64,000 nucleotides of DNA from positions 524,018-588,017 of the forward strand of contig NMRA01000043.1 of NCBI GenBank assembly GCA_002633005.1, read 5' to 3'. Shown here in pieces: positions 1 to 13,034 of the stretch (position 1 is its first letter; each line of letters begins with the position of its first letter). Origin of the DNA: Phoronis australis (lineage: Eukaryota; Animalia; Phoronida). The position numbers and the translations under genes are program-made. The notes beneath the pieces are model-generated. The model did no database searches and was not told the DNA's origin. It saw only the letters and a list, made by a program, of their open reading frames with translations.

Positions 1-1696
1 CTATCAAACAGAATCTCAAGTTGTAATTCTTTCTATGGCATTGAATCATAAGTTGTAATTCATTTTACATGAAATTGGAGTCAAGAACTCGGATACACAC
101 ATTTGCTGAAGATCTATTTCATCTTTGTTGGTTTTATCCTGGTATTAAATTCTTTTGCCCCTTGTTCGAATTTTTTTTTGGAAAAACTTCTGTAGCGCTT
201 AATTTCTCTTATAAATATTTTGTTTGGGAAAAATGACTCATCAGATATCATTAATCTCGTAATTTATTTAACTTAATTTCACATAATTCATATAAAAGTG
301 TACTAATTTATAAGGAATTCTAAGTTATTTTAAAGTTGATTTTTTATGAAAACTGTAAGTTCATTGAATTTGAAGATAGATGGTCTCTTGTGGATTCACT
401 CTTTAGCTATAAGTCCAGACATCTGATCTTAGTGTGAGTGAGTGGTTTGTATGGAGCGCCAATTGTATTTTTCTTTGTTGTTGTACATTCACAATTGCGT
501 AATACAATTATCTCTGTATGTGTTAACTGCAATGTTAATTATGTTTGCACTCTAATAATCATAAAAGAGCTTCACCAAATAACATTACAGCACTCTATCT
601 TTAAATAACGCACAATCTGAATTCACGCCCTAAAATGTCGCAATATCGTTTATAATTATGCGATTGTTTTGTTTTTGAAAGTTGTATCTTCGTTTTGAAT
701 ATGACGTCGAGTAAAGCACCTAAACAGCGGGTGACTTCGTGCTCGAAAATTCTTACTGTCACCGTGCAGAGAACAGTTTCTCAGATTTCGATTTAGTCTT
801 AACACTTAACACAGTATATCAACCATCAAAGTCTCTTTTTCAGAAACGTCCCAAGTCATGGCAAATGAAGATAAAAAATCTGAAACACGGTTTTCTCGAC
901 CATAAACTATAAAATAAGTGTGTACTAAATTTTACGCAAATAAAAATCGATGTTCAAAACTCTTAAATCGTTGAAAATCAAACAGCCTGAATTGCATGGT
1001 TGATAAAGATTTGCGATGTGAAGTCCCGTACAAATCGCATACTTGGCGCATGAATAGCCGAAATTGTTAGTTATGAATTGCAATGAAAAATACGACATAA
1101 TTTTATTTCATACAATATGCGAATATTGAAAAACAAATGTGCAAAGGTTATCATATTTAGTTGAGTCCCTTCTTCCCGTCAGGGGGCACTTTGAAATTAA
1201 ATTTTGTTCATTTGCAATTGGTGGAAAGGTGTCTCAAAATAACGTCATTTTCGAAATCGAACATTTCGTCATAAAACTTTGTCCATTTCAGTTTTTCCCG
1301 ACTACGAGTTGACGCCGATGCCGCTAGGAGTCAAAATGACCAACATGGTCAAGGTATACCAATCGTGATACAGAGACCTGATGCGTCGAATTTTCAGCAC
1401 AATTCACACGCGACCAAAACTAGACGGGACCGCTCCCGGAGAAAGAAACTACAATCGAAGAAATGTTCGACTAAAAACAATGGCAAACCAAAGAAATCAG
1501 TCATTAAAGCCACGATACAAGAACCAAGGTAAATTATAATTAAAAATCTATCTGACAAAAGTTATCCAGCACGTTTTAAATATGTGCCTCAAATAATTAA
1601 CGCTGTCCTCTCATTTCGCCCCTTTGAACTGGTTCAAAAACGCAAAGGAACTGTAATTACTCTTAGAAAACCCATCTCATAATGTTGCTGCCCTGA

Positions 1697-2775
1697 TAGA
1701 ACCAAAGTCACCGGCAATGTATACGCCACCCGAAATGCCTCACCTTTTTAATCCGGGTTTGTAGCCCTTCTGATTAATTGGGTAGACGAAAATTGATTAC
1801 CATTTGCTGATTGAGAGACAAAAAAATCAAGGAAAATATGCTTCGATCGTGAAATGAAACAGAACCGTGTTTTCATATAGTTATTAAAATCACGGCCGTA
1901 TGAAGTGTTTTGTGAGGAAATTACGCTTTACCTACATCTCCACGTGTTCGGGCAGATTCTGTGCAAAGTTAAGACTGGTCAGGCTATAGTAACTGCTCAA
2001 GACAACTAAGAACTTTCAGACACACAAGTTTCTCTGTAACTTGTGTCCCGCAGTGCACACACTTCAGGCAATGCCGGGTTTTTAAAACAGCACTTATTTC
2101 TCATGTTTTTCAGAAAATATCCAGCTCGGTTCTGAAAACGCACAGCTGGGCAATAATACTCACTACTTTGGTGGCACTACAAAAATACTGTTATGCGTTG
2201 TTGTTTGGGACACAATGCCTTATTCATAGGCGGATTTAGGGGGGGGNTAGAACCAAAGTCACCGGCAATGTATACGCCACCCGAAATGCCTCACCTTTTT
2301 AATCCGGGTTTGTAGCCCTTCTGATTAATTGGGTAGACGAAAATTGATTACCATTTGCTGATTGAGAGACAAAAAAATCAAGGAAAATATGCTTCGATCG
2401 TGAAATGAAACAGAACCGTGTTTTCATATAGTGATTAAAATCACGGCCGTATGAAGTGTTTTGTGAGGAAATTACGCTTTACCTACATCTCCACGTGTTC
2501 GGGCAGATTCTGTGCAAAGTTAAGACTGGTCAGGCTATAGTAACTGCTCAAGACAACTAAGAACTTTCAGACACACAAGTTTCTCTGTAACTTGTGTCCC
2601 GCAGTGCACACACTTCAGGCAATGCCGGGTTTTTAAAACAGCACTTATTTCTCATGTTTTTCAGAAAATATCCAGCTCGGTTCTGAAAACGCACAGCTGA
2701 GCAATAATACTCACTACTTTGGTGGCACTACAAAAATACTGTTATGCGTTGTTGTTTGGGACACAATGCCTTATT
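1697..2775. repeat. 528-bp near-perfect direct duplication (1697-2224 / 2248-2775) joined across an N; probable haplotype/assembly artefact
   Basis: Both copies begin TAGAACCAAAGTCACC and end CAATGCCTTATT; I saw two substitutions; the spacer is CATAGGCGGATTTAGGGGGGGG followed by N at 2247. Confidence 0.9.
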
Positions 2776-3063
2776 TTAGCCTCAGTTTTAACAACGCAAA
2801 CATGAAAGCGCAAATGTTCCAAACATTCAGAACCACTGGTAGTTTGGACACAACACCTCGTTTTCAGACATAATGGTAAATAGAGAATTGGCATATTACA
2901 AGAAATTTTGCATTTTTTATGCAAAGAAAAAGTCAATAATTTGAACTTGGAAACACAGCGCCGAGAACTATGTACAGTCTATGCAGTCAATGTGAAAACT
3001 GGAACATGACCCTTTGCTACTCCCTGTAAAAGGGGGTGCAAGATCTCCAAAGGAAATGTCACA

Positions 3064-3069
3064 TTTATT
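3064..3069 (-). terminator. Candidate polyadenylation signal of the MOGAT-like gene
   Basis: TTTATT on + (AATAAA on -) about 1.4 kb past the stop at 4494. Confidence 0.35.
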
Positions 3070-4493
3070 TAGTGTGATTTTCATTCATTGCAGATTGAAA
3101 TACAACTTGCGAAGTAACAGTACGCCATCCAAGAAGTGAACAGCTCCTTGGAGACCTGTAGCAAGACCATGCAATGCTTCATAACAACCAATAGTAGAAT
3201 GATATAATGGAACCATTGTATTTCCTTTGGTATTTTTTAATGCCCAACACACAATAGATACACTTTGCACAAAACCCTATCACCATAGACACACATCTAT
3301 GCCTGTCACCACAACACAGGTCACTGCTGTAGTGAACCAATAATATAGGTAAAACATCACACAATATCTCTTATCCAAAGTTAAAAGAGAAATAGTTCAG
3401 AAAAACAACACCACAAAACAATAATCTACACACAACACTACGAATTGACTAGAATATAAATTACTGAAAAATTACAATATCTAGTATTACAAAAAGCACA
3501 AAATCCACATTAAAACTGGTTAGGTAAAAATCAAATAACTGACAATTAAATTTCCCACAATCTGAATCATTTAATATTGCACAAATAAAAATGCATCTCC
3601 AAATAAAACATAAAACACATCAACCACTTCAGAAGAAACAACAAAAACTGGACACAGGTTGTAATATTTTTTCTGTACCTTCATTGTTTCATTATCCCAA
3701 TTTTGATACTTATACATTATTCCTGGTCATTAAAGTTAACTTGATTAATTCAAATTCAAGAAAACAGTACCACTACCAGGAAATTTCTTCCTGTTTTTAA
3801 ACAAATCATTTTGAGAACTAACTAAAAATATGAACAGAAATGATGGGGCTTGATTTTTTCTTAAAAAATGTGTTTAAGCAGAACTATGCTTTCAATAGTT
3901 AATGCTGAAACTGCTGTATAAGGATAACCAGAAATAATCTTTTGAAAACACAAACAATTATTTGAAAACCACAGTTTTGGTTCATGTTTTGGTGTGAAAC
4001 CCTTGGATCAAAAAGTCATGAAATACTTCTTAGCAGACAGATGAAGTGGTGCTGCTAACTTGGATTTAAAGTTCATGAATTTCACTTGGCCTCATCAGTA
4101 CGGCTGTGTGGAACTTCAACTTCCCTAACATTGTGTCATGTTACAGATAAAGCGCGAGTCAATGATTCACAATTTCCTGTTAAAACTTGTAAATGAAACA
4201 TTCAGTGACTGAAAGGTGGCACTAAATGAGTGTGAACACAAAATATCATGTTTCATCATTTCTGATCATCTTCTAATGCAAATAAGCTGAGAGTCACACC
4301 CTGTATACCGTAATTCATTTTAAGAATTGGCAGCAAATTGTTAGAATACTGGTTACACCTTTCAATTAGATTATTTGAAGTAAATAGAAATGATTTCTGT
4401 TGACCTGAGCTTTTAACCACGGCCAGCACATCAATATAAAAATAGATGGCAACAATTTCAATAAAACGTTTCACTACCTAGAGTACAGCAAGA

Positions 4494-4648
4494 CTAGACC
4501 AAATGCAAGTGGTTTTTCTCAGGAATTCCAAAGTCCTTCTTGTGGTCTTCAAACAACTTCTTCAAAGCCTCCACATACTTAGAATGCAGTTCGTCGATCT
4601 GTTCCTGAGTTGGGTCTACTATCTTTGCCACATCAATTGGAGAACCAA
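4494..4648 (-). CDS. MOGAT2: MOGAT2/DGAT2-family acyltransferase, last coding exon (155 bp)
   Basis: Acceptor tttcag at 4649-4654; encodes VGSPIDVAKIVDPTQEQIDELHSKYVEALKKLFEDHKKDFG...HLV*, the typical DAGAT C-terminus. Confidence 0.95.
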
Positions 4649-5229
4649 CTGAAACAAACAAAGCAGGGTAAATTTGTAGCCTAGTCAAATTTTGTCATTT
4701 ATATTTTCCCCACTAAGCAAGGCAATAGGTGACTTGACAACTCACTACACAGTTAGTACGGACTAATGAAAAATGTGTCCTTTTGTTATAATCAGGATGG
4801 AAGAAGAGAAAGTAAGGGGTTTACCAGCTTTGGGCATTTATCAGATAAGGATCTCGCAACAGTGGAATGCATGAAATTCAACTGCGAGGACTGTTCTTTC
4901 ACTCATGGCATCTAAGCAAACTGGAAACTCTTCATTCTAAAAACTGAATGCGTTTGACTTTAACAGTTACTCGTGACACCTAGTACTTCACAGGGGACAC
5001 AAGCAATGCAAACTGTTGATATGCACCCACCGTGTGCATCGCATACAGCACTGACAGAAGAGATGGTCTTTGTCAGCAATACTCTCCTCAATATGACCGC
5101 ACCTCCCATCTTTCATCATGATTCTTGAAAAAGTTTGGATGATGGTGAGGCAGATGACAAAGAACACAATAACAATAGAAAGACCACTAAGGAGTACTGC
5201 ATAGGTCAAATCCATCTGAACCAGGGCAG

Positions 5230-6130
5230 GTGCTGTTTTGTACGTGAAGTAACTTACTTGGCAAATTTCATGAACATCCACCAAGGAACTTGGTAGATAT
5301 CTAAGCAAACGCAGAGAAAAACAAGATTATTAATAAAAGACGCCACAGTACAGCAATTCTTCAATTATTTAGCTTACTATACAGATGATAAGTGAGATTT
5401 ATATTTTTCAAAATTTCTCCACAAAAATAAAGGTTAAGAAGATTAAGAAAATTTTTATCTATTACTAGTATGCTTTATACTGTGCAGATGTTGATAAAAC
5501 AACTTTTGCAGAACTTGCCATTACTTGCAGCTAATAATCAGCCTTTGAGAAATAGAAAATGATAATTTTGACAATAGTTTTGGTGCGAATTAAGTGGAGA
5601 ATTACTGTACTAGTCAAATTTGTCCCAAAATCAATGTCAGTTGTACTCTCTTCATAAAAACACATGCCAAATTTCACGAAGATCCATCAAAGAGACCATA
5701 CTGAACAAAAGGCAAAAATATAAATTACCACAAAAGGGCGCCACTGCAGTTGGCTCTGTTCAAAAAGCATCGTTAGCCACGTACTTCCCAGTATGAACAC
5801 ATATGCCAATTTAATGATCCTTAGAATGCTTTGGCGGATAGAAAGGCAAACTCAAAAGCAGCAGAAACAACCACTAGGTGGTGCAGGATCATAGATTGAA
5901 TTCGAAAACAAGATGGCAGCATTATTTCCTTAACAGACATTTACTTAACAAGTTTCATGAAAATCTTTCAAAGAACTGCAAAGATACAGAGATAAACATA
6001 AAAAACTAAAATTGGCACTTGGAGGCACACTGGTAAATGGAGTCATCTGACAATTGGCTCATGTTATCCCATTCATGATAGGAACATGCCTGCAAAACTT
6101 CACAGACATCCATCATGGGGTTACTTGGAG
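5230..6130 (-). mobile_element. Degenerate Helentron/HINE-like core repeats
   Basis: Recurrent GCCAAATTTCATGAAGATCC and GCGCCAC/ACCACTAGGTGG motifs resembling the reverse complement of the 23712-26364 core units; ends not defined. Confidence 0.55.
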
Positions 6131-6481
6131 ATACAGCAACACACGCTGAACAGGGATGACAGCATAATGCACCAACATGTATGTAATGTAGATGCATAAA
6201 AATCATGTGTCTGCGTGTGAATGTGTATGAGTATTTGCATATGTGTAGTGTACCAGCAGTTACGTAACAATAGATGTAGGCAGTTGGCATGTAATTGTGT
6301 GGGAGTCGGCCACATTGATCAGTTTAGAATAGACACATTGTATATACAGTAACATCGTTTTTTGTTGATTTCAATACATGACATACCGATGATATAAGGT
6401 ACAACAAAAGTATTTCAATCTGATTTATGGCAGCATACTGTAAGATGACATTCAGATAAGGCTGTGATCATGTTTACTCAC

Positions 6482-6681
6482 CAACTGTGTTGACTGCTCT
6501 TCGGAAAGGCAGCAAACCAAACGTGTAGTTGAATACTCCGCGCCCATGAAAGAAAGGAGGTGAAAACCCAAGGTAGTTGGTCAAAGCATCTTGAATTTTA
6601 CGCACCACAGAGCCTTTTGGATTCTTAACTTGTGTGAACATTTCGTTCTCACCAAAACTGAACACAGGAACAAGACACGCG
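6482..6681 (-). CDS. MOGAT2: MOGAT2/DGAT2-family acyltransferase, coding exon 3 (200 bp)
   Basis: tttatag acceptor, GTGAGT donor; ACLVPVFSFGENE...PPFFHGRGVFNYTFGLLPFRRAVNTV; phases fit neighbours (2 in, 1 out). Confidence 0.95.
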
Positions 6682-6929
6682 CTATAAAGACAATAAAATT
6701 CATACTTCAAAATGAGATACATACAAGTCACAGGAAGTTTTCTGGGGTGAAATCACTATAAATTTTGAACTGTTTTTAATGGACAAGTGGGAAAAAGTTA
6801 AGTGGCTCATGGAAAGGAACTGGTGACAACTGGAGTAACGGGGACATTTTGGGCGTGGACAGGGTAACTAGTCCGCATGGTGCTGGATGAGAAAATAATT
6901 GTTTTATTACCCCGTTTGGGTTTTGAATA

Positions 6930-7447
6930 GCCCAGTCTAAAATGGGAATTTAATGTGACTAGCAAATAAATGCGTAACAAAGCTAAATGCCAAAGTCCCG
7001 TTCACTACAGGCTTACCCAACAACAACGTTCACTAGCGCAACTTGCTCCACTTTAATTGGAGCGTCCACACATACGCACATATCCGATAACTAGCACAAG
7101 ACAGAAGTTGTCGCTCTGTGCATGACAATAAACAACTGATGTGAATACAGCACAAAACACATGTTTGTATGTAACAGCAGCTGGTAATTACTTCTACCTT
7201 GCCCCAGACAATTAGAAGCGGCGCAAGTTACCTTAGAATAAATTACCCTACTTTGATAAAATGGAGTAAGTTACCACAAGTGGGGTAAGTTGCATTAGTT
7301 TAAGTAACGTCCAGACAGCCCTCAAACCTAGCGATAACTCGTTTAAGAGTAACTTCTCCTAGGGTAAGTCTGAGTGTGGGCAGCACTTATAAACATTTGC
7401 TCCTTCCAAAGCTCTGGCTCCCAATAATTTCCATTTTTAGACGGGTC
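6930..7447. mobile_element. MITE with terminal inverted repeats (PIF/Harbinger-like)
   Basis: Left GCCCAGTCTAAAATGGGAATT versus right AATTTCCATTTTTAGACGGGTC; no ORF. Confidence 0.55.
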
Positions 7448-7549
7448 TGAAACAAAGCAAACAAACTGAATTCATTCTTAATTTTCAATGTCTAAATGAA
7501 AGAGGAACTTCATTAAAGCAACACAAAGATGTTTGATGCCAGAACACAC

Positions 7550-7724
7550 CCATTTTGCAGTGCTATTTTTACGAATCCCTTTCTTGTCAATAGGTTCAAA
7601 CTGTAACTGCCAGGTCGTGCTTCTAGTGCCTCTATAGCTCCGCCCACCACCAGTACAAGAGCTTGTCCTGGTTGCTCCATATTCAATAACCACCGCATGC
7701 TGTCCTTTGTTGCACTGCATGCCC
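7550..7724 (-). CDS. MOGAT2: MOGAT2/DGAT2-family acyltransferase, coding exon 2 (175 bp)
   Basis: tattag acceptor, GTGTGT donor; GACSATKDS...LVLVVGGAIEAL...RKGFVKIALQNG (GGxxE and RxGF motifs of the DGAT2 family). Confidence 0.95.
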
Positions 7725-8181
7725 CTAATAATGGATAGAAGAACACATAATCAGACCTCCTTGCAAAGGAAAGAGGATAAAGAAAGAGAAGAGAATTTGT
7801 CTCAAGCACAGTAACAGTTAAAGGATTTTTATAAAAGTGGGAAAAACGTGTTTGCTTCTTAAAATGTGAACATTTAAAAGACAGAAAATTTTTTTTGTAT
7901 GTAATTTCAACATTAAACAGTTAGGAATTAAAGTAGCCATTGCAATGCACTGGCACCACTACAAAACAACAAATCGCACTTACAGTCAAACTGCCAATAT
8001 GATGAGTCATAATGTTCACTCTCTCAAAAAACCCTGAGCCAACTATAAGACAGGAAATTGGATTTTGATTCAGTATAGTCAATTTGGTACTTCAGTTACA
8101 GCCGTGAAAGTTTAAAGAAAGTCTCAAGAGATTCAGTGTCACACCGCTTGGCTTTTGACTGGATAAGTTATTAGGTATTAC

Positions 8182-8671
8182 CTGTAGTCATGAAGTACTC
8201 TCTGTGGTAGGGAAACTGAAACTGTCCAGCTAAGGTGAGCAAATGTGGTTTAATACCAGGGTACACCTTGCTAAAGTCGGTTCCTTCAGTGGCAAAATTC
8301 AAAAAAGCACCGGCACTCATTATACCATGAGGATGGAAGCCCAGAATGTAATTCTTTGTTGGATCGAGATCGGCTGTTTTTACAAGACGCACAGGAAAAT
8401 AGTCTCTGAAGTACTTCCACACTTTCCAGTTGCGTGTCCAGTTCCATTGACGACTGCCTTGTTCAGGAGTCTTACGATCGTACAAGTACCAAACCAAGTA
8501 CAAAAGTGTTATCCAATAGTACCTTGTGAACAGAAGAAATAGGGAGAAGAAGAGACAGCCGAAGCCAAGGAACAGAAAACTTAAGACCCACTGCAAGACA
8601 GCTAGTGTTTGCAGTCTTCTTTCCAAAGGAATTATCAATGGTGCAAACTCAATACCTAGAAACTTTGTCAT
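8182..8671 (-). CDS. MOGAT2: MOGAT2/DGAT2-family acyltransferase, coding exon 1 (490 bp); spliced CDS 1020 nt = 339 aa
   Basis: N-terminus EFAPLIIPLERRLQT, hydrophobic membrane segment, YFP and HPHG motifs. Donor GTAATA at 8181. An acceptor (ctcttttcag) 9 nt upstream of the ATG implies a further 5' exon. MOGAT versus DGAT2 paralog assignment is by N-terminal resemblance only. Confidence 0.95.
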
Positions 8672-9515
8672 GACGTTTATCTGAAAAGAGAAAAAATGGA
8701 CTCTAAATGAAATTAAATTTGAATATCGAGTGAATAAGGAAAAATTGAGAAAGGTGAGTGATGCCTAATACAGTGTTATTCAGTTCTAATTTATCCATTA
8801 GGGGAGAATGCCAAATGCAATTAAAAACTTGGAAGTGGGTGGGCATTGACTGATAGGGATGGTCTTTCAGATTGACCTGGTCATACTAACCAGGAAAAAG
8901 TGACCAGTATTTGCTTTACCAGTTCTTCCATCTGTAACAGCTTCATCATATCTTTACATTCTATTAAATTTCATAGTTTGCTATTCTATAGACAAAAAGG
9001 CTTTTGTAAGCTATTGACATTTAATCTGTAAAGTTGAATGAGATTTGACATTTAAAAACTGGCCGATTACTGTATTGTTGATGAAGTGCCCAGGCACTTA
9101 TTTGCCATTCAACTTTAAGATTCCTGGTTATAAAAGACATGGCACTTTTATTGGAGCTTGTTCTACAACTGTCTAATAGGACGGAAAATTTTGCTACCAG
9201 TATTGTTATCAGTAGATCTTCTTTAACATAGTTGAAAGCCACCTATAACAGGTAGGATACCGAGAGGTAATGTAACATCAAGCACCGACACTATTCAGGT
9301 GAATGGAAACCAATTCAAAGATTCTATATTGTTATAAACTGGCAGAAACACAACAGGGGGAGCAGTGAAGCTGTTATGTAACTTGCCTCAGGGAAAATGC
9401 TAAAAGCAACATGTTATGAAAAGTAAAACAAATTTATTGTTTAAAAATGTTTTTAATCAAAGATAAAACTACCGTAAATACTCTGAAGAAAACTAAAAAA
9501 ATGCCAAATGTAAGG

Positions 9516-10047
9516 TTATAGGCAAGTCTATGTACTTGGCCAAATATCCTTAAAATATAAGGGATTTTAACTTTGTAAAAGTATCAATGTTTTCTGAAAG
9601 TTGTACGCTTGTAGAATTTGAGTTTTGACTTTTTACCAATCTGCAATTAATTGGGTCACATCATGTCTTCTTAGTAATTTTAACAAAAAAGAAAATTCCA
9701 TTGATAGCAAAACAGATGTATCAATAGCATGACCAAATTTTGTTTTATAAAAATGTTAAAGATGAAATCTCAAAAATGCTGCCACAGTTCTTTCAATGAT
9801 GATTTCAGTTTGGGTTTTTTATAAAATCATTTCATATTTTTGGGTAGCCCCTCAAGCAAAAGTGGAAATTTTTAAAACAATTACTGACAGAGTTTTAGAG
9901 AACAGCGCATAAACCATATTATCTGAAATCTTCAAATAATTCAAAATCTAATTTGTCACTGAGATATGATGTTCGGACATTTTCCTAGGGTCTTACATAC
10001 CCTTATGAAGCTCAACATAAACCTCAAAAGGCCAGACATGCCCTTAA
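9516..10047. mobile_element. Degenerate Kolobok-like MITE
   Basis: Left TTATAGGCAAGTCT versus right AGACATGCCCTTAA (imperfect TIR, TTAA-like target). Confidence 0.4.
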
Positions 10048-11888
10048 TGACAACCTAATAGTTTCATCTGATAACACTACTTGGCAGATATAACAACACC
10101 AGTAGATATCAAGCATTTAAATAGATTCAGATTGTCTATGAAAGAGAGCCTTGCCATTGCAGATCTGAATGCTAGGGCTTCGTTGAATGGCAACCTGGGG
10201 TTGGTTGAGCTTACCCCTTGGGGATAGCTTTGACCTTTGCATGTGACTGCTTTACACGTGAGTTTTGGTTTAGTTGAACGTTTGTGGTGGTTGGATATAT
10301 TCCTTGAGAATGGTCAAGTGATTTTCATCGAAACGTTAGACATGTATATATGTTAATACATAATATTGACAACAATTGTGCTGAGTTTTCTAAAGTTAAA
10401 CTAAATAAAAACCCAACTCCAAGGCAAAGTACTTAAGTTTTCCAATTTCATAATTCCGATGCAAGCCAACTAAAAATAACATTCTAACAAAAAGGACAGA
10501 TTACAGGAAGATATTTTTTCCTAAGACAGTCCTAGACTAGAATAGCTTGCCGGGCTAAACTACATCGGGCCCCTTCTCTTGACATTTTTGTCAACAACGT
10601 ATCTGCCTTTCTGAAATAACATAGTCGGGTGCCTCCATTTGGGTGACTTTACCAGAAGTAGGAGGTTCTGAGTGTGTGATAACATCTAGCTTCTTTGTTA
10701 ACTGCCAAGCACACTCTTTTGTATGTTATGACAACAAGCAGGCCACTTATCTACCAGGCTTATTACAGACGACGGGTGAACACAGTCAAACTCAGAGTGA
10801 ATTGGTGCATTCGGAAAGAATAGATTGTCGTACCTTCGCTTGCAGTTGGGTGATTTTGGCGACTCAAAAACTAAACATGATCGCCATTTGACAAAAATTT
10901 CAGAAATACTATTGGTTTATGTTCAAATATGTTATAATTTAACTTTTTATTTTTAACAGCACAGCCCACTCAGGGTAGACACTATCTTGGAGACTAGAAC
11001 AAATGCCAGAATGGACTTAATCAGTCGTGTAAGATATTGACTACAGGGGTAAACTTCCAACTTGTTGTTGGGCTATAGAATCGAACAAGTTGGGAGCAAC
11101 AGGAAAACGCCGTAATGAACCCGCTTACTGTCTAACCCCATACTCTAATAGTCTAATAGACCTAGCTATTTTAACTGATCTCTGAAGTGACAACCACTGT
11201 TTTTTGTTATGCAGTGATATAATACTCTGGAGACAGTTTGGTCACTTGAACCAAGAAGAAGTAAACTGTTCGTAATACGCCACTGTCCCCGGTGAAACTG
11301 TGTCTGTGGCCAGGTGGCAGAACACTGGCACTGCCACTGGCACTGGAGACTGGACACTGAGCAGTCAACATTGCAACAGCACTGATACGGAACCTGATAA
11401 CAGATACTTGACATATAAACCACGAAATACTACGCTTCCAAATGATGCTTGTTCTCTTGAAAAACAAGTTGTCCAGAAGAGAGTGGCTCACCACTGAATT
11501 TTAGCCCAGGCACTGACCTTGAGGGTTTTATCAACAAGTTGATCAAGTTCAAAGTGCGCGGTGAATAGTAAATTGCACTTCCAGTAGTAAAGAGTAGTAA
11601 AACGGAAATGGATAACCATATTAAGAACTGAGACAAAAGTTCAATTAAATGGGACGTTCAGTTGATTGTACGACTATTTTGGTGTGTCACCCAGTTTTAC
11701 CCGACTAAGAGATTACCGATTGCTCTCAAAAAGAATGTAAAAACGAACGCCTCTATCGTACATAATCACTCAACACGATGATGTTTACATGCGCTTTACA
11801 AAGTAGTAACGGTGAAGCAATGCTTTTAATGGACAAAAGGGAGCTTTTTCGGCAAAAAATACCCTGTTATTTAATAATATATACTTAC

Positions 11889-12297
11889 AGAGGTATTTGA
11901 TAGTTGGAAAGCTTCAGATGTTATTTATAGATAAATGGGTGATTCAGGTCATCTGCCCAAGTATAAATGGGCTAGCAAAGTAGTTCTCCATTTGGAAAAG
12001 GCAAAATGGCTGCCTTCGCCGTGGGTTGACCCTTGAGCTTTATAGTTCCTTGCTTACCATATAGCTAAACTATTCGTCACTGTTTTATCACAGAAAATTT
12101 TTGATGTTTTTGCACCCTCCGATTCATCAAATTCTTTTTAAAGTTATTCTGATAGTCTATAAATTATTGTGTTCAAATCTGCACTTCCTGAATTGCGGTT
12201 TTGATAAAAATCGGTCACACACCTGCCGAATTTTGTTGTCAGTGCAAATCGCCTAATCTCTTTGTGTCATGAAAAGCTGACATTATCTTCATCCAAG
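11889..12297. promoter_or_regulatory. Candidate divergent promoter and first exons of MOGAT-like (-) and Nck (+)
   Basis: Minus-strand donors GTAAGTAT (exon end 11889) and GTAAGC (exon end 12058), YY1-like AAAATGGCTGCC at 12003-12014, strong plus-strand donor AAG|GTGAGT at 12297/12298. Both flanking genes need an upstream exon. Confidence 0.45.
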
Positions 12298-13034
12298 GTG
12301 AGTGGTGTGTTTAGAGCCTGAGTTGATTTCCTGTCAGTATGTTTCAATCTATTTGCTTTGAAGTTGATTGAAAATGAAAATCAATTTCTTGGTCAACTTC
12401 ACAAGTTCGGGTTCACTCGGACCAACTTTCCAGTCCAAGTAAAATATCTACCCTTGTTTCGACATTGCTGGATACGGTGGTTCCTGGTTTAGAAAAACCG
12501 GTTTCATCCATGAAGTAATGGACTTTATATGAATTCGGTAACTGCCTGGTTCTCTAAATGGGGTGTGCAATATGCCCTCAACAAGTTTGCACTGTTTTGA
12601 TCAATTAACAGATCAAAGTGAACAAATTCAATGTTGTCTGATTTTTACTGTATTTCAAATCAGATGCTGAATTTATTAGTGTTTATTATAGATAAACTAT
12701 TAAGTAAACTAGCAATATTCAACAGTGTCACTAAATGAGAAAACAGGAAGACAATAACAACTCTGATTTCCAGGTTTGTGGTTTTATGTGTGACTAAGTC
12801 ATCAATGATGACTCGTTGGAGATAATCTTGCATTCTAACTGTCTAAATTATAAAGGGACGAGAACCAGTTGCTTCTGAATTACGGCTGTTATTCTGTGGA
12901 ACATGACTGGTTCTCAGTATCTTCCCTGTCATTGTACATGGCAAATATGTAGGATTTCTTATTGGAATCTCTTAGGAACTTTTTCTAATAAAAGCCCTCT
13001 TGAAGTGTCTGAGACTGCAAACGTTGAAATATAA

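Noticed and set aside
560-1200. MITE-like sequence near the window start (similar impression at 35525-36096)
   Set aside because: Composition suggests old DNA transposons, but TIR/TSD pairs are too weak to support coordinates.
1921-1960. Minus-strand donor TAG|GTAAAG as the first exon of a gene off the left edge
   Set aside because: No coding exon or partner acceptor found, and it lies in the duplicated artefact region.
8243-8542. 99-aa + strand ORF
   Set aside because: Antisense shadow of the MOGAT exon; likewise the small - strand ORFs over the Nck exons.
11166-11636. Cluster of short ORFs with CACTGG repeats
   Set aside because: No domain; looks like decayed MITE sequence whose ends I could not define.
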